Positions 1 through 11,382 of a stretch of DNA of 64,000 bases are shown piece after piece. The notes under the pieces are model-generated. The model searched no databases and was not told the origin of the DNA. It saw nothing but the letters and a program-made list of their open reading frames with translations. The DNA lies in NCBI GenBank assembly GCA_963665845.2, contig OY762492.1, positions 1,248,001-1,312,000 of the forward strand. The letters are read 5' to 3'. The stretch is from Candidatus Poribacteria bacterium. GTDB lineage: Bacteria > Poribacteria > WGA-4E > GCA-2687025. Numbering within the stretch: the first letter of the stretch is position 1; each line of letters opens with the position of its first letter. The translations under genes were made by a program, and so were the position numbers.

Positions 1-312
1 CATATTCAGAAGGAATAATTTAGAGGCTGCCCCGCCGTTCGCTTGGCGAGGGCAGACCGTTTCTGCCGATATTCTGGATGCCCGTTCACGCGGGCGCGTC
101 GATTCGGCAGCCGGAACCTTTTACCCAAGACCAGATCCAAAGGCGTTTTGCGCTTCCATGCCTCCCTATGCGGGGCAGGTTTCGCAAGACGTCTTGACAT
201 ACGCCGCTGGAGCGGGGTATGTTAATTTGCAGCGAGTATGTCCGTTTCAGGCACAGTTGAAGGAGAATGCCGGTTTGACGCGGTATGCGCAGCCCGGCGA
301 TTTGCAGCGAAC

Positions 313-2364
313 ATGACAGAACATCCAATCACGCCTTCCGAAAACGAAGAACGCGCGGACGAACCGACAGCGTCCGACAACACACCCGCTCCGCCGGAGC
401 CGCCCGTCAGCGACGCGGCCGAGCCGGACGCGCCGCCCGCCGGCATCAACGCGGTCAATCTGCCCGACGATATTTCTACGGACGAGCAGCTGGCAGCCGC
501 ATACGAAGAGACGATGAAAAACATTCAGGAAAGCGAGGTGGTGCGCGGGCAGGTGCTGAAAGTCGCCGGCGATTCCGCGCTCGTCGACATCGGGTACAAG
601 TCGGAAGGCGTCATTCCTCTCCGTGAATTCCCGTTCGACGCGGACGGCAACCCGCTCGTCAAAGAAGGCGACGAGGTGGACGTCTATATTGTGCGCCTTG
701 AAGACATGAACGGGTCGCTTGTGCTGTCCAAGGCGATCGCCGACCAGCGGCGAGTCTGGGACGAGATCGCCGCGGCGTATGAAGCGAACCGCCCCGTCAA
801 GGGGGTTGCGCAGCAGCGCACCAAAGGCGGTTTGCGCGTCGAAATCGACAACATGACCGCTTTTCTTCCGGCGTCGCAGATCGACATCCGCCCCGTCAAG
901 GACCTTGACCTTTACATCGGGCGCGAGCTGGAGATGCGCGTCATCAAGCTGAACAGGCGCCGGCGCAACATCGTTCTCTCCCGCCGCGCGCTTCTAGAGG
1001 AAGAGCGCGACGCGATGCGCCAAGAGCTGCTCATGACGCTCGCCCCCGGACAGATACGCCGAGGCGTCGTCAAGAACATCATGCCGTTCGGCGCGTTCAT
1101 CGATCTGGGCGGGCTAGACGGGCTGCTTCACCGCAGCGAAATGTCCTGGGGGCGCGTTCACGACGCCTCCGATTTTGTCGACCGCGACCAGGAGCTGGAT
1201 GTGATGGTTCTGAATGTGAACCGCGAATCCGGCAAGGTCTCCCTCGGACTCAAACAGCTGACGCGCAACCCGTGGGCGGATTGCCAAGAGAAATACAAGG
1301 CGGGGCTGGACGTCCAAGGGCGCGTCGTCAACATACTCGAATACGGCGCGTTTGTGGAGCTGGAAAAGGGGGTCGAAGGGCTTGTCCACACCTCCCAGAT
1401 GTCATGGACGCGGCGCGGAAACATTGACCCGTACACGATTCTGCAGGTGGGCGAGGAGGTTACGGTACGCATTCTTGAGGTGGACCCTGAACGGCAAAAG
1501 ATTTCGCTTGGGCTGAAACAGGTTGGGGAAAGTCCTTGGGAGCGTCTTGAGCGGGAGAACCCTGTCGGCTCGCGCGTGTCAGGCAAGGTTCAAAATTTCA
1601 CCGACTTCGGCGTCTTTGTGACGCTGGAGGGCGGCATTGACGGGCTGATCCACGTTACGGACCTGTCATGGACGAAGCGGCTGGAACCGCGCGAAATGAT
1701 GCAGGTCGGGGACGACATTGACGTTGTCATTCTAAAGATTGACCGGGAACGGGAGCGGGTCTCGCTTGGCGTCAAGCAGCTGGAGCCGGACCCATGGCTT
1801 CAGGTTCCTCAAAAATACAAAGTTGGAACCGCGACGCAGGCGCATATCGTTGACATAGTCGACTTTGGCGCGTTCGCCAAACTGGAAGGCGGCATCGAAG
1901 GGCTGATCCACATCTCCGAGTTGAGCGACCAGCATGTGAACTCGCCCGGAGAAGTGGTGCGCGTCGGCGACGTGATCGACGTCAAGGTGATCAATATCGA
2001 CCTCCAGGATCGGCGCATCGGTTTGAGCCGAAAGGCGTATCTGGCGGAGGGTCATCGAATTGACGCTGAAGTTTCTTCCGCCCCCAAAGATTCAACGGGC
2101 AGGCAGGAGCCGAGGCGTCAAGACGCTGACGAACGGGCGCAGCCGACGGGGCGCACTCTCGCAGACCTGGTGGACGAAGCGCAGGCGCGGCGCGACGAAA
2201 GCGACAGCGGCGGCGCGGATGAAGCGCAGGAGGAGCGCGGCGACAACGACAGCGGCGGCGCGGATGAAGCGCAGGAGGACCGCGGCGACAACGACAGCGG
2301 CGGCGCGGATGAAACGCAGGAGGAGCGCGGCGACAACGACAGCGGCGACGACAGCGAAGAGTAG
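313..2364 (+). CDS. rpsA: 30S ribosomal protein S1 with acidic N- and C-terminal extensions
   Basis: Six S1 repeats (VDIGYKSEG, FGAFIDLGGLDGLLH, YGAFVELEKGVEGLVH, FGVFVTLEGGIDGLIH, FGAFAKLEGGIEGLIH). ATG at 313 chosen within ORF 238..2364. Confidence 0.95.
   Translation: MTEHPITPSENEERADEPTASDNTPAPPEPPVSDAAEPDAPPAGINAVNLPDDISTDEQLAAAYEETMKNIQESEVVRGQVLKVAGDSALVDIGYKSEGVIPLREFPFDADGNPLVKEGDEVDVYIVRLEDMNGSLVLSKAIADQRRVWDEIAAAYEANRPVKGVAQQRTKGGLRVEIDNMTAFLPASQIDIRPVKDLDLYIGRELEMRVIKLNRRRRNIVLSRRALLEEERDAMRQELLMTLAPGQIRRGVVKNIMPFGAFIDLGGLDGLLHRSEMSWGRVHDASDFVDRDQELDVMVLNVNRESGKVSLGLKQLTRNPWADCQEKYKAGLDVQGRVVNILEYGAFVELEKGVEGLVHTSQMSWTRRGNIDPYTILQVGEEVTVRILEVDPERQKISLGLKQVGESPWERLERENPVGSRVSGKVQNFTDFGVFVTLEGGIDGLIHVTDLSWTKRLEPREMMQVGDDIDVVILKIDRERERVSLGVKQLEPDPWLQVPQKYKVGTATQAHIVDIVDFGAFAKLEGGIEGLIHISELSDQHVNSPGEVVRVGDVIDVKVINIDLQDRRIGLSRKAYLAEGHRIDAEVSSAPKDSTGRQEPRRQDADERAQPTGRTLADLVDEAQARRDESDSGGADEAQEERGDNDSGGADEAQEDRGDNDSGGADETQEERGDNDSGDDSEE
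2202..2347 (+). repeat. 45-bp tandem repeat (3 copies plus a partial) encoding DSGGADE(A/T)QE(E/D)RGDN in the S1 tail
   Basis: Near-identical units start at 2202, 2247, 2292 and 2337. Confidence 0.92.
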
Positions 2365-2400
2365 CGCGCGGCAACGCCGCCATTCAAACTGGGGATTGTT

Positions 2401-3539
2401 TTGGAACACTATTTCACATCGGAATCTGTGACGGAAGGCCATCCCGACAAGATGGCTGACCGCATATCAGACGCTGTCCTGGACGCCGTTCTTGAACAGG
2501 ACGACCAGGGGCGCGTCGCATGCGAAACGCTTGTGACGACCGGCATGGCGATCATCGCGGGCGAAATATCGACCAAGCATGCGTATGTGCATATGCCGGA
2601 CCTGGTGCGCAGTACCATACGGGACATCGGCTATACGGACGCGAATTTCGGGTTCGATTATGAAACATGCGCCGTCATGACCTCCATCGATGAGCAGTCG
2701 CCCGACATCGCGCAGGGCGTTGACACGGGCGGGGCGGGCGATCAGGGCATGATGTTCGGTTACGCCTGCGACGACACGGAGGAGTTGATGCCGGCGCCGA
2801 TTATGTATGCGCACAAGTTGGCGAGGAAGTTGACGCATGCGCGTAAAAGCGGCGACCTGCCGTTTCTCCGTCCAGACGGCAAGACGATGGTCACAGCGCG
2901 TTACCGGGACGGGCGGTTTCTGGATATCGAGACGGCGCTGGTTTCGGCGCAGCATGCTGCAGAGACGTCGAAATCAAAAATAAAAGAAGCGCTGATTGAG
3001 CGCGTCATCAAAGAGACGATCCCAGAGGAGCTGCGGGCGCCCGGCATCCAGTATCTCATCAATCCGACCGGCACGTTTGTTCAAGGCGGACCGAAGGCGG
3101 ACTGCGGTCTCACGGGGCGCAAGATCATCGTCGACACCTACGGCGGCATGGGCAGGCACGGCGGCGGCGCCTTTTCAGGCAAAGACGCGACGAAGGTGGA
3201 CAGAAGCGCCGCCTACGCAGCCCGCCACGCCGCAAAGAATGTGGTCGCGGCGGGGCTTGCCGAACGATGCGAGATACAGATTGCGTACGCCATCGGCATC
3301 GCGGAGCCTGTGTCGATCAATGTGGACTCCTTTGGTACCGGCGCGAAGCCGGACGAACAGCTGGCGGCGGCGGTGAACGATGTGTTCGATTTCACGCCCG
3401 ACGGCATCATTGAGCGTCTTCAACTGCGCCGACCGATCTATAAACAGACCTCCGCCTATGGACATTTTGGACGGAACGAGCCTGACTTTACCTGGGAAAA
3501 GACCGACTTTGTGGAGCGGCTGAACGAACGGGCGCGCGC

Positions 3540-3543
<4 letters not shown>
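2401..3543 (+). CDS. metK: S-adenosylmethionine synthetase
   Basis: [19 protein letters not shown] and GGGAFSGKD motifs; TTG start. Confidence 0.97.
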
Positions 3544-4796
<1,253 letters not shown>

Positions 4797-4853
4797 GAGG
4801 CGCCTGCAAAATCTAGACACACGGAGAGGCGTTATGACGCGCCAACGCGCCGC

Positions 4854-5066
4854 ATGAAGTGGGAATGGATTGAGGGGGCGTTTATGCTTCTATGCGTTGC
4901 GGCGCTGTGGCCGGTCGTCGCGTCGATGCGGTCGGGGGCGGCGCTGCCGAGGGGGTATTCGGCGGTTCTGGCGGTGGCGGCGGCGGGGCTTCTCGTAGTG
5001 ACGGCGCGGCGGATCATTCGCATTCACAAAGCGTTTCAAGAGCAGCAGCGAAATAAAAAACGATGA
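4854..5066 (+). CDS. small two-TM membrane protein
   Basis: Two hydrophobic segments; fills the operon gap and overlaps the next start (ATGA). Confidence 0.6.
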   Translation: MKWEWIEGAFMLLCVAALWPVVASMRSGAALPRGYSAVLAVAAAGLLVVTARRIIRIHKAFQEQQRNKKR

Positions 5067-5971
5067 GCGTTCTGGTCGTCGGAACCGTCGCATTCGATAC
5101 GATCGAGACCTCGTCGGGACGCGCCGAAAAGACGCTCGGCGGGTCGGCGATGTATGCGTCCGCCGCCGCCAGTTTTTTCGCGCCGTCGCAGCTGGTCGGC
5201 GTTGTCGGGGACGATTTTGAGGCGTCCCATCTTCGTTTTTTTGAACGCCTCGGCGTCGATCTTCAGGGACTTGAGCGGCGTCCGGGTAAGACGTTTCACT
5301 GGGCGGGGCGGTATTCGGACGATTTCAGCAGCCGAGAGACGCTTGCGACCGATCTGAACGTGTTTGCCGACTATTCGCCGAAACTGCCAAACGCGCTGCG
5401 GGACGCTGAGATGCTGATGCTGGCAAACATCCACCCGCAGCAGCAGATGGAGGCGCTGTCGCAGGCGCGCATGCCCCGTCTCATCGCCCTTGACACGATG
5501 AACCTTTGGATCGACACTTGCAGGGGCGGTCTGCTGCGCGCGTTGAAACAGATCGACCTGCTCATCTTAAACGACGAGGAAGCGCGGCAGCTCGCGCAAA
5601 CGCCGCATCTGATGAAGGCGGGCGAAGCGCTGTTGAAGATGGGGCCGCGGCGCGTCGTCGTCAAGAAGGGGGAGCATGGGGTCCTTTCTTTTTCTGAAGA
5701 GGGGCTTTTCGGGTTCCCCGCCTACCCGGTGGCGGATGTGGTTGACCCGACCGGCGCGGGCGACTGCTTCGCCGGGGCGATGCTGGGCAGCCTCGCCGGG
5801 GAACGGACGCTGGATGAGAGCGCGTATCGGCGGGCGATGGTGAACGGCGCCGTCCTCGGATCGTTTGTAGTCGAAGGGCTGGGACCGGAAAGGCTGCGCA
5901 GCTTAACCCGAGAAGAGATCGCAGCGAGGCGAAAGGAGCTGCTGCAGTTTGCGGCGGCGCCGAATTTTTAA
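5063..5971 (+). CDS. PfkB/ribokinase-family kinase (possibly adenosine/nucleoside kinase)
   Basis: GG switch (LGGSA), NDEEA, KKGEHG and DPTGAGDCF signature. Confidence 0.88.
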   Translation: MSVLVVGTVAFDTIETSSGRAEKTLGGSAMYASAAASFFAPSQLVGVVGDDFEASHLRFFERLGVDLQGLERRPGKTFHWAGRYSDDFSSRETLATDLNVFADYSPKLPNALRDAEMLMLANIHPQQQMEALSQARMPRLIALDTMNLWIDTCRGGLLRALKQIDLLILNDEEARQLAQTPHLMKAGEALLKMGPRRVVVKKGEHGVLSFSEEGLFGFPAYPVADVVDPTGAGDCFAGAMLGSLAGERTLDESAYRRAMVNGAVLGSFVVEGLGPERLRSLTREEIAARRKELLQFAAAPNF

Positions 5972-5987
5972 CATGAACGGAAAGCGC

Positions 5988-7043
5988 ATGCAAAACATGG
6001 ACGCGCCGCTATACGACTACGCGGGGGCGATACATATCCACTCAAACCTGTCGGACGGAACCGGCGCGGTGCCGACGATCATTGAGCAGGCGCAGCAGGC
6101 GGAGCTGGATTTCATCATCCTCACCGACCATGAGCATCTGGAGGCGCGGGAACTCGGCTATGAGGGCTGGCGCGGCAACACGCTCTGCCTTGTCGGCGAG
6201 GAGATCACGCCGCGCTTTCACAACCACTATCTCGCGTTCAACATCCGCCGGCCGATACGCGGGCGCGGCAACTGGCGGCGTCCGCAGGCGTTCATCGACG
6301 AAACGCGCCGGCAAGGCGGCATCGGTTTCATCGCGCATCCGATAGGCGACGACTACCCTGTGCGCGGGATGGCAAAACCGTGGCTCGACTGGGAGGTGGA
6401 CGGGTTCACCGGCATTGAGCTATGGTCATACATGCATGACTGGGCGCGGAATCTGCGTTGGAAAAACATCGCTCGGGCGCTGCGCGACCCCGATTCGCTG
6501 GTGCGCGGACCGCATCCGAAGGCGCTGAAGCGGTGGGACGAAATCGGAAAGCGGCGGCGCGTCGCGGCGATCGGAACGCTGGATATACACGCGAAACGGG
6601 CGCCGGGGCTGCCGTACGCAAAGATATTGCCGTATCGGCATGCGTTTCGGACGATACGAACGCATGTGTTGACCGAGTATCCGCTGGCGCAGAACGATCC
6701 GTATGAGGCGGGTCGGCAGGTGTATGAGGCGCTTGCGCATGGGCGCGCCTATATCGCGCATGACGGGTTCGGGGACGGCGCGGGGTTTCAGTTTTTCGCG
6801 GCGAAGGGCGGCAGGACGGCGGCGCTCATGGGCGGAGAGACGGCGGCGTCGGCGGGTCTTGAGCTGTATGTCCAGACGCCGGAGAGGTGCAGCGTTGCGC
6901 TCCTGCGGGACGGCGAGCCGATCGCGCAGACGAACGGCAAAACGCTGGAGGCGCCGGCGGACGAGCCGGGCGTCTACCGCGTGGAGGCGCGCAAAGAGGG
7001 GCGGCCCTGGATCTATTCGAATGCGGTGTATGCGCGGGGGTAG
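5988..7043 (+). CDS. PHP-domain metallohydrolase (CehA/McbA-like)
   Basis: HIHSNLSDG, ILTDH, IAHP and DIH motifs; C-terminal YRVEA...WIYSN. Start is uncertain (5973/5988/5997). Confidence 0.8.
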   Translation: MQNMDAPLYDYAGAIHIHSNLSDGTGAVPTIIEQAQQAELDFIILTDHEHLEARELGYEGWRGNTLCLVGEEITPRFHNHYLAFNIRRPIRGRGNWRRPQAFIDETRRQGGIGFIAHPIGDDYPVRGMAKPWLDWEVDGFTGIELWSYMHDWARNLRWKNIARALRDPDSLVRGPHPKALKRWDEIGKRRRVAAIGTLDIHAKRAPGLPYAKILPYRHAFRTIRTHVLTEYPLAQNDPYEAGRQVYEALAHGRAYIAHDGFGDGAGFQFFAAKGGRTAALMGGETAASAGLELYVQTPERCSVALLRDGEPIAQTNGKTLEAPADEPGVYRVEARKEGRPWIYSNAVYARG

Positions 7044-7070
7044 ATATTTGCGGCGGCGCGGCGCGTTCCG

Positions 7071-7160
7071 ATTCCCCCCTTGAAAAGGGGGGCTAGGGGG
7101 GTTTAAAGGACGGGCGCGGCGGCTGCGAAGCCTTAAGATTCCCGCTTACGCGGGAATGAC
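7071..7160. repeat. composite intergenic palindromes: CCCCCTT..AAGGGGG family plus ATTCCC-N8-GGGAAT hairpin
   Basis: attccccccttgaaaaggggggctagggggg at 7071-7104; gattcccgcttacgcgggaatgac at 7137-7160. Confidence 0.85.
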
Positions 7161-7291
7161 GAGGAGAGGGCGCGGGAATGCATGTCCTCGCGGGCATGTC
7201 CTCGCGGAAGCGGGGAACGTCAGGCGGCGGCGACGCTTTAGGGTCAAAAATGAAGCTCATCGCATGAGCGTACTACCTATGAGAAAAGGCG

Positions 7292-7320
7292 TTGCGCTCC
7301 GCCGACGCAAGGAGTAAAAT
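7292..7320 (+). promoter_or_regulatory. sigma70-like promoter
   Basis: TTGCGC-17 nt-TAAAAT upstream of an AAGGAGG RBS and ATG 7352. Confidence 0.6.
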
Positions 7321-7351
7321 AGGGGCGTCATTAAATAAAGGAGGGGATCGT

Positions 7352-8296
7352 ATGTTGCCGCGCAAGATTTACATCGGCGCCGTTCTCTTTGCTGCGCTCA
7401 TTTTGGCGGTGTTTGTTTGGCTGTGGATAGACGCTGAGCGCGGCAGTGGCGCCGCGCTTCCGAATACGATGCCGCCCGAATCTGCCCAGATACAGACTCC
7501 CCCCGTTCCGCGCGCCATCAACGCGGATAAATCTGACGGGGAAGACGAAGAGACGGAGGTCGGCGCGGATGACAGCGGTCGCTCCCAAGATGCGCCTTAC
7601 CAGTTCAAAGATTGGAAGGAGGCGCGCGATAGCTGGGCGAATCTGGTCGCGGAAGAATTCGAGAGGCTGTTGCGCACAGAGTCGTTTAACCACCCATTCG
7701 ATCTGACTGCGACAGCGTATGAAAACATCCTGGAACGCGTCATAGATAAGGAAGATCCGCTCTCTAAGGCTATAACGCCATTCCTCCCCCTAAACGATCT
7801 TCCTGGGCGGATACCGATTGATGACATCGGCCCTGTTCGTTTTCTGATACGGACAGGCCACATGTCCCCCGATGTGTATAAGATTCGGATGAAGCTGCCG
7901 AACGGCGAGATGTACATGGCGGACAACAACGAGCAGGTCGTCATGACTTATCAGGTTTTGCGTCCGCTCTATCCTGTTGAAAAGGAGAGTATAGCGCGCC
8001 TTGAAAAACAGATCTTGGATTTAGAAGCGCGGCTGTTGGCGACTCCCAACGATGCCGCGCTGCAACAAAAGCTCAACGGGAAACGCGCAGAGTTGGAAGA
8101 GATGAAGCAGCCAAGATATGTGACTCACACAAGCGGAGGGGGAGCGACGAACAGGGGTCAGCCCGGCTTTAGAATCACCGAAATGGATTTTGGGATTCTT
8201 AGTGAAGAGGATCTGAATCGGGAGAGTTCAGGTTATCGGGGTAGACTCTGGGGCTTTACGGAAGAGTTTCGGAGGAAGTATCCACATTTGAAATAG
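7352..8296 (+). CDS. membrane-anchored hypothetical protein (paralog of 8957..9826)
   Basis: N-terminal TM, low-complexity linker, LPNGE motif and coiled coil; strong RBS. Confidence 0.75.
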   Translation: MLPRKIYIGAVLFAALILAVFVWLWIDAERGSGAALPNTMPPESAQIQTPPVPRAINADKSDGEDEETEVGADDSGRSQDAPYQFKDWKEARDSWANLVAEEFERLLRTESFNHPFDLTATAYENILERVIDKEDPLSKAITPFLPLNDLPGRIPIDDIGPVRFLIRTGHMSPDVYKIRMKLPNGEMYMADNNEQVVMTYQVLRPLYPVEKESIARLEKQILDLEARLLATPNDAALQQKLNGKRAELEEMKQPRYVTHTSGGGATNRGQPGFRITEMDFGILSEEDLNRESSGYRGRLWGFTEEFRRKYPHLK

Positions 8297-8885
8297 GCTT
8301 TGGGGTTTTTGGCGGTAAAGCGGCTTGATCGGTCTGGAGGCTAGTTGTTGGCGCGGGAGACGGCTTTCCATAAAGCGTCGGTCCGATATGCCATTCGCCC
8401 TTATCTTTTCGAGGCTTTACGAATCCAAAGATCGTGTCGGCGCCATGGTTGACTGGCATTTCGGAATTGCAAGACATATACTCAACGATCCTTTCAGCCC
8501 CTTTGTGCTTATGGCGATGAACGGCGCTTTCGATCTCGACCCGCATGCCGCGCAGCGTCGGGACGCCTGTGAAAGCGTACGTTCCATGCTTGGATGTTTT
8601 GACCGTTTGAGAGTAGTTTTTCGCGTAGAGTCGGACCCTGCATTCGTTTTTTACGGCGGTTCCGTCGGGCGGCGTTTCATCGGAGCTCAAAGGCGTCCGG
8701 TCTATCGCGCAGAACACTTTCCCTTTCACCCTAATTTTCTGTTGAGAATTCCACCAAATCTGAACAGAGTCGAAGGTTGACGCGGCGCCGCTCGTCAGAA
8801 TACTCGCGCACAGCAAACCGAGCGGAATCGCTATAACGACAGCGGCGGCTTTGGCGGCAATGTTTTTGACCGATGCGACAGACAT
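8256..8885 (-). CDS. hypothetical protein with N-terminal TM and carboxypeptidase-regulatory-like beta domain
   Basis: Hydrophobic N-terminus; VKGKV...RVRL...TSKHGTYAFTGVP pattern. Confidence 0.55.
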   Translation of the reverse strand: MSVASVKNIAAKAAAVVIAIPLGLLCASILTSGAASTFDSVQIWWNSQQKIRVKGKVFCAIDRTPLSSDETPPDGTAVKNECRVRLYAKNYSQTVKTSKHGTYAFTGVPTLRGMRVEIESAVHRHKHKGAERIVEYMSCNSEMPVNHGADTIFGFVKPRKDKGEWHIGPTLYGKPSPAPTTSLQTDQAALPPKTPKPISNVDTSSETLP

Positions 8886-8956
8886 GAGCAGCCCGACCTC
8901 CAATGCAGATTGTGTTCGGCGGTAAAATGCGCCCGCTAAGGCGCCGCCGCATCAGT

Positions 8957-9826
8957 TTAATGCTCATGATGGGCGACGTCAACAACTCCCAAGTCCAGCT
9001 CGATAATTTTGTATGTGTCCTCCGCCCCCGCCTTAAAGACGCGGGGGGAGGATATTGTCGGCGATTGCAGCGCCGTTATCGATTTTTTGACCTTCTTCAG
9101 CTCCTCAACGACGCTGTCAAACTCCGCATCCGATGCATTGATCAGCGCGGTATACAAAGCAGACTCGCGCCGGCGCAGAGTTTCGGATACCCGCGCCCCT
9201 TCCGCTGTACGAACGCGGGGAGGCGTTCGCGTCCGGTATGCCGCCCGCAGCTGATGATTTTTTTCTAGAGGAAAAACCTCCCCGTTGGGCAAACTGACCA
9301 TAATGTACTGGCTTCCGCCAGGCAACTTCCCCGCCCAGACCATTATCCAACTGGCGCTGCTCCATATTTCCCAGGGTATCGCCGTATCGTTCCAGCGGTC
9401 ATATTTTTCCCGTTCCGCCTCACTCATACCCTTAATCGGAGGGAACGGCATAAACTTCTCCATCGCCTTATTCAATGCGGCTAATTCAGGGTCGTTTCGA
9501 AGTTTCTCGTTAAAGTTAATGACTGCATAGAATTCTGGTTGGGGGCGCCCCTCAGCCTTCAGCCGTTCGCATTCTTCGCCTGCCTGTCGCGCGTACTCGT
9601 TCAGCGCGTCTTGCCATGTCAGAAAGTGATAGGTTTTCTCGGCGGCGGAATCCGCCGTCTCCTGCTCCTTTATATCCGGCTGTTCAGATTCGTTAGAGGG
9701 CGAAGATGCGTCCGCCGGCGCGTCGGGGGCAATCGGATCCGATTCGTCATTCCGCCTCAGCAGCGCGAAGAGAGCGCCAATGATGATGAGCGCCGTCAAC
9801 GCGATGGCCGCATACCGTTTTTTCAT
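8957..9826 (-). CDS. membrane-anchored hypothetical protein (paralog of 7352..8296)
   Basis: MKKRY signal anchor; shares YxFxxW..A......EE.ERL, LPNGE and I.E.D.G motifs with 7352..8296. Confidence 0.75.
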   Translation of the reverse strand: MKKRYAAIALTALIIIGALFALLRRNDESDPIAPDAPADASSPSNESEQPDIKEQETADSAAEKTYHFLTWQDALNEYARQAGEECERLKAEGRPQPEFYAVINFNEKLRNDPELAALNKAMEKFMPFPPIKGMSEAEREKYDRWNDTAIPWEIWSSASWIMVWAGKLPGGSQYIMVSLPNGEVFPLEKNHQLRAAYRTRTPPRVRTAEGARVSETLRRRESALYTALINASDAEFDSVVEELKKVKKSITALQSPTISSPRVFKAGAEDTYKIIELDLGVVDVAHHEH

Positions 9827-9848
9827 GATTCTCCCGTCCGTTGAGCGG

Positions 9849-10382
9849 CTACCGCGTATTTTTGCTTGCGCGGGAACGGCGGCGCTGTCGGCGGAGCGCG
9901 TCCCACTTTTGGCGTTTGAGACGGGCGGCGGCGGCGCGTTCAATAGCGGCGCGCACCTTCGCGCTCTGAATGCTGGACGCCATCCTTCGAATTTCCGCCC
10001 GCTCCTCCGCGGTCAGCTCCACGTTTTCAAGATCGGGCTTCGGCGGGGGCGGACGGCGGACAGGCGGCGCCTGTTTCGGCGCCGAACCGCTCTTGCCCCG
10101 ATTCTCAATGCGGACGCTTCGAACCGCGTTTTGACCCAGATACTGGTTGACGCGCTCCAGATAGATCGTCTGCGCGAAGGACGCCTCCTGGGCGGCGGGC
10201 GACGACTCCGCCGACAAGAGCAGCGTTCCCTTGAAGAGGCTCACCGGGCGCGCGATCGTCGACTCAGGCGCGCCGACGATCTCATCCCAGCGGTCAAACA
10301 GGTCGCGGACGCTTCGCCCGTGTTTCAGCTCCCGCTCCATCGAAAGCCGCTGGACAATGTCGGATAGAGAGGTGAGTTTCAT
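9849..10382 (-). CDS. DUF721/DciA-family protein
   Basis: W.EIVG...ARP.....GTL......AQE......LE.VN..LG...V..V pattern. Confidence 0.75.
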   Translation of the reverse strand: MKLTSLSDIVQRLSMERELKHGRSVRDLFDRWDEIVGAPESTIARPVSLFKGTLLLSAESSPAAQEASFAQTIYLERVNQYLGQNAVRSVRIENRGKSGSAPKQAPPVRRPPPPKPDLENVELTAEERAEIRRMASSIQSAKVRAAIERAAAARLKRQKWDALRRQRRRSRASKNTR

Positions 10383-10417
10383 GCGCGTTTTAAGATTCTC
10401 GCGTCAAGCGCGGGATA

Positions 10418-10576
10418 CTGACCTTGAGTCTTTAGTTGGAACATTCGGCCTGGCGAACGCGGACGGTTTCTGTCGGGACTCTGGATTCCCGCTTGCGCGG
10501 GAATGACAGGGAGAGGGCGCGGGAATGACGACCTGGTTAGCATACTCTTTCCCGTCAATAGAGCGGTCATTCGTTC
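10418..10576 (+). mobile_element. MITE copy (right end decayed)
   Basis: ctgacc..ctttagttggaacat end, dRS3-like hairpin and aatagagcggtcattcgttc core, all shared with 36037..36203. Confidence 0.75.
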
Positions 10577-10595
10577 TATAGGCGCCGCCGCTTGA

Positions 10596-11189
10596 TCAGT
10601 TCGGCTGTATTCCGAACGCTTGGATTTCGCGCAGGCGCGCCGGCGATTCAATGATGATGCGGTAGTACTCGATGAGGCGTCCGGCAACGATGTCGCGGTG
10701 ATAGTCGATGATGATGTCGCCCGGTTCGGGCGCCAGTTTCGTGATGATGATGTCGTCCGCGGTGCGCGACGCCGTAACGCGCAGCCGGTCGGTTTGAATG
10801 TTGATGTTGCGTATGTCGAAACGGGGCTGTATCTGCCGCGCAATCCCTTCCACATGGCGCCGCTGCCGGACAGTTTCTAGGTTCTCCCACATTTCGCGCT
10901 GCGGGTCCCAGTAATCGACGCGGAACCTGTGCAGGTTGTCGTTTTCGATTTTGATGCGCCGGATGCGTTTCACTTCAGGAAATTGAAGGATGAATTCGCG
11001 CGGCTCTTTTGGGCGCGTCTCGGCGACGGTGGAGAATTTGCCGTCGTTCAGATACGGATGATTGGCGGCTGCGCCAAGCTCCGACAGGGCGTAGTTTTCG
11101 CTCCATTCCGTGTGGACGAGCGACGCGCACCCTGCGCAGCACGCCATGAGCGCCAACGCCGCTCCGATCAGCCGGACGCGCGTTCGCAT
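10596..11189 (-). CDS. putative lipoprotein (discoidin-like beta domain)
   Basis: Signal peptide ending ACCAGC; LNDG...FILQFP...IRRIKI pattern. Confidence 0.65.
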   Translation of the reverse strand: MRTRVRLIGAALALMACCAGCASLVHTEWSENYALSELGAAANHPYLNDGKFSTVAETRPKEPREFILQFPEVKRIRRIKIENDNLHRFRVDYWDPQREMWENLETVRQRRHVEGIARQIQPRFDIRNINIQTDRLRVTASRTADDIIITKLAPEPGDIIIDYHRDIVAGRLIEYYRIIIESPARLREIQAFGIQPN

Positions 11190-11190
11190 A

Positions 11191-11373
11191 TCAGTTCGGT
11201 TCGCCGATGGAGCCGCCCAGTCCAGCGATTCCGATAAACAGAGCCGCCAGTACCGCCGACGGGAGCGTCAAGGAGAAGCCCATGCCGGCAATCAGCCCGG
11301 CGAGGCATCCGATGGCGGCTCCGTATGCGGCGCCGATGACGGCTCCCCAGAGCGTTGCTTTTAAAGCGCGCAT
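11191..11373 (-). CDS. small Gly-rich membrane protein
   Basis: Two GxxxG TM helices; tightly packed in the operon. Confidence 0.6.
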   Translation of the reverse strand: MRALKATLWGAVIGAAYGAAIGCLAGLIAGMGFSLTLPSAVLAALFIGIAGLGGSIGEPN

Positions 11374-11382
11374 CTCTTTTTC

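Noticed and set aside
1-312. Short ORFs or a structured leader upstream of rpsA
   Set aside because: I could not support any motif or fold by eye.
2365-2400. SAM/SAH riboswitch before metK
   Set aside because: The gap is only 36 nt and shows no recognisable aptamer.
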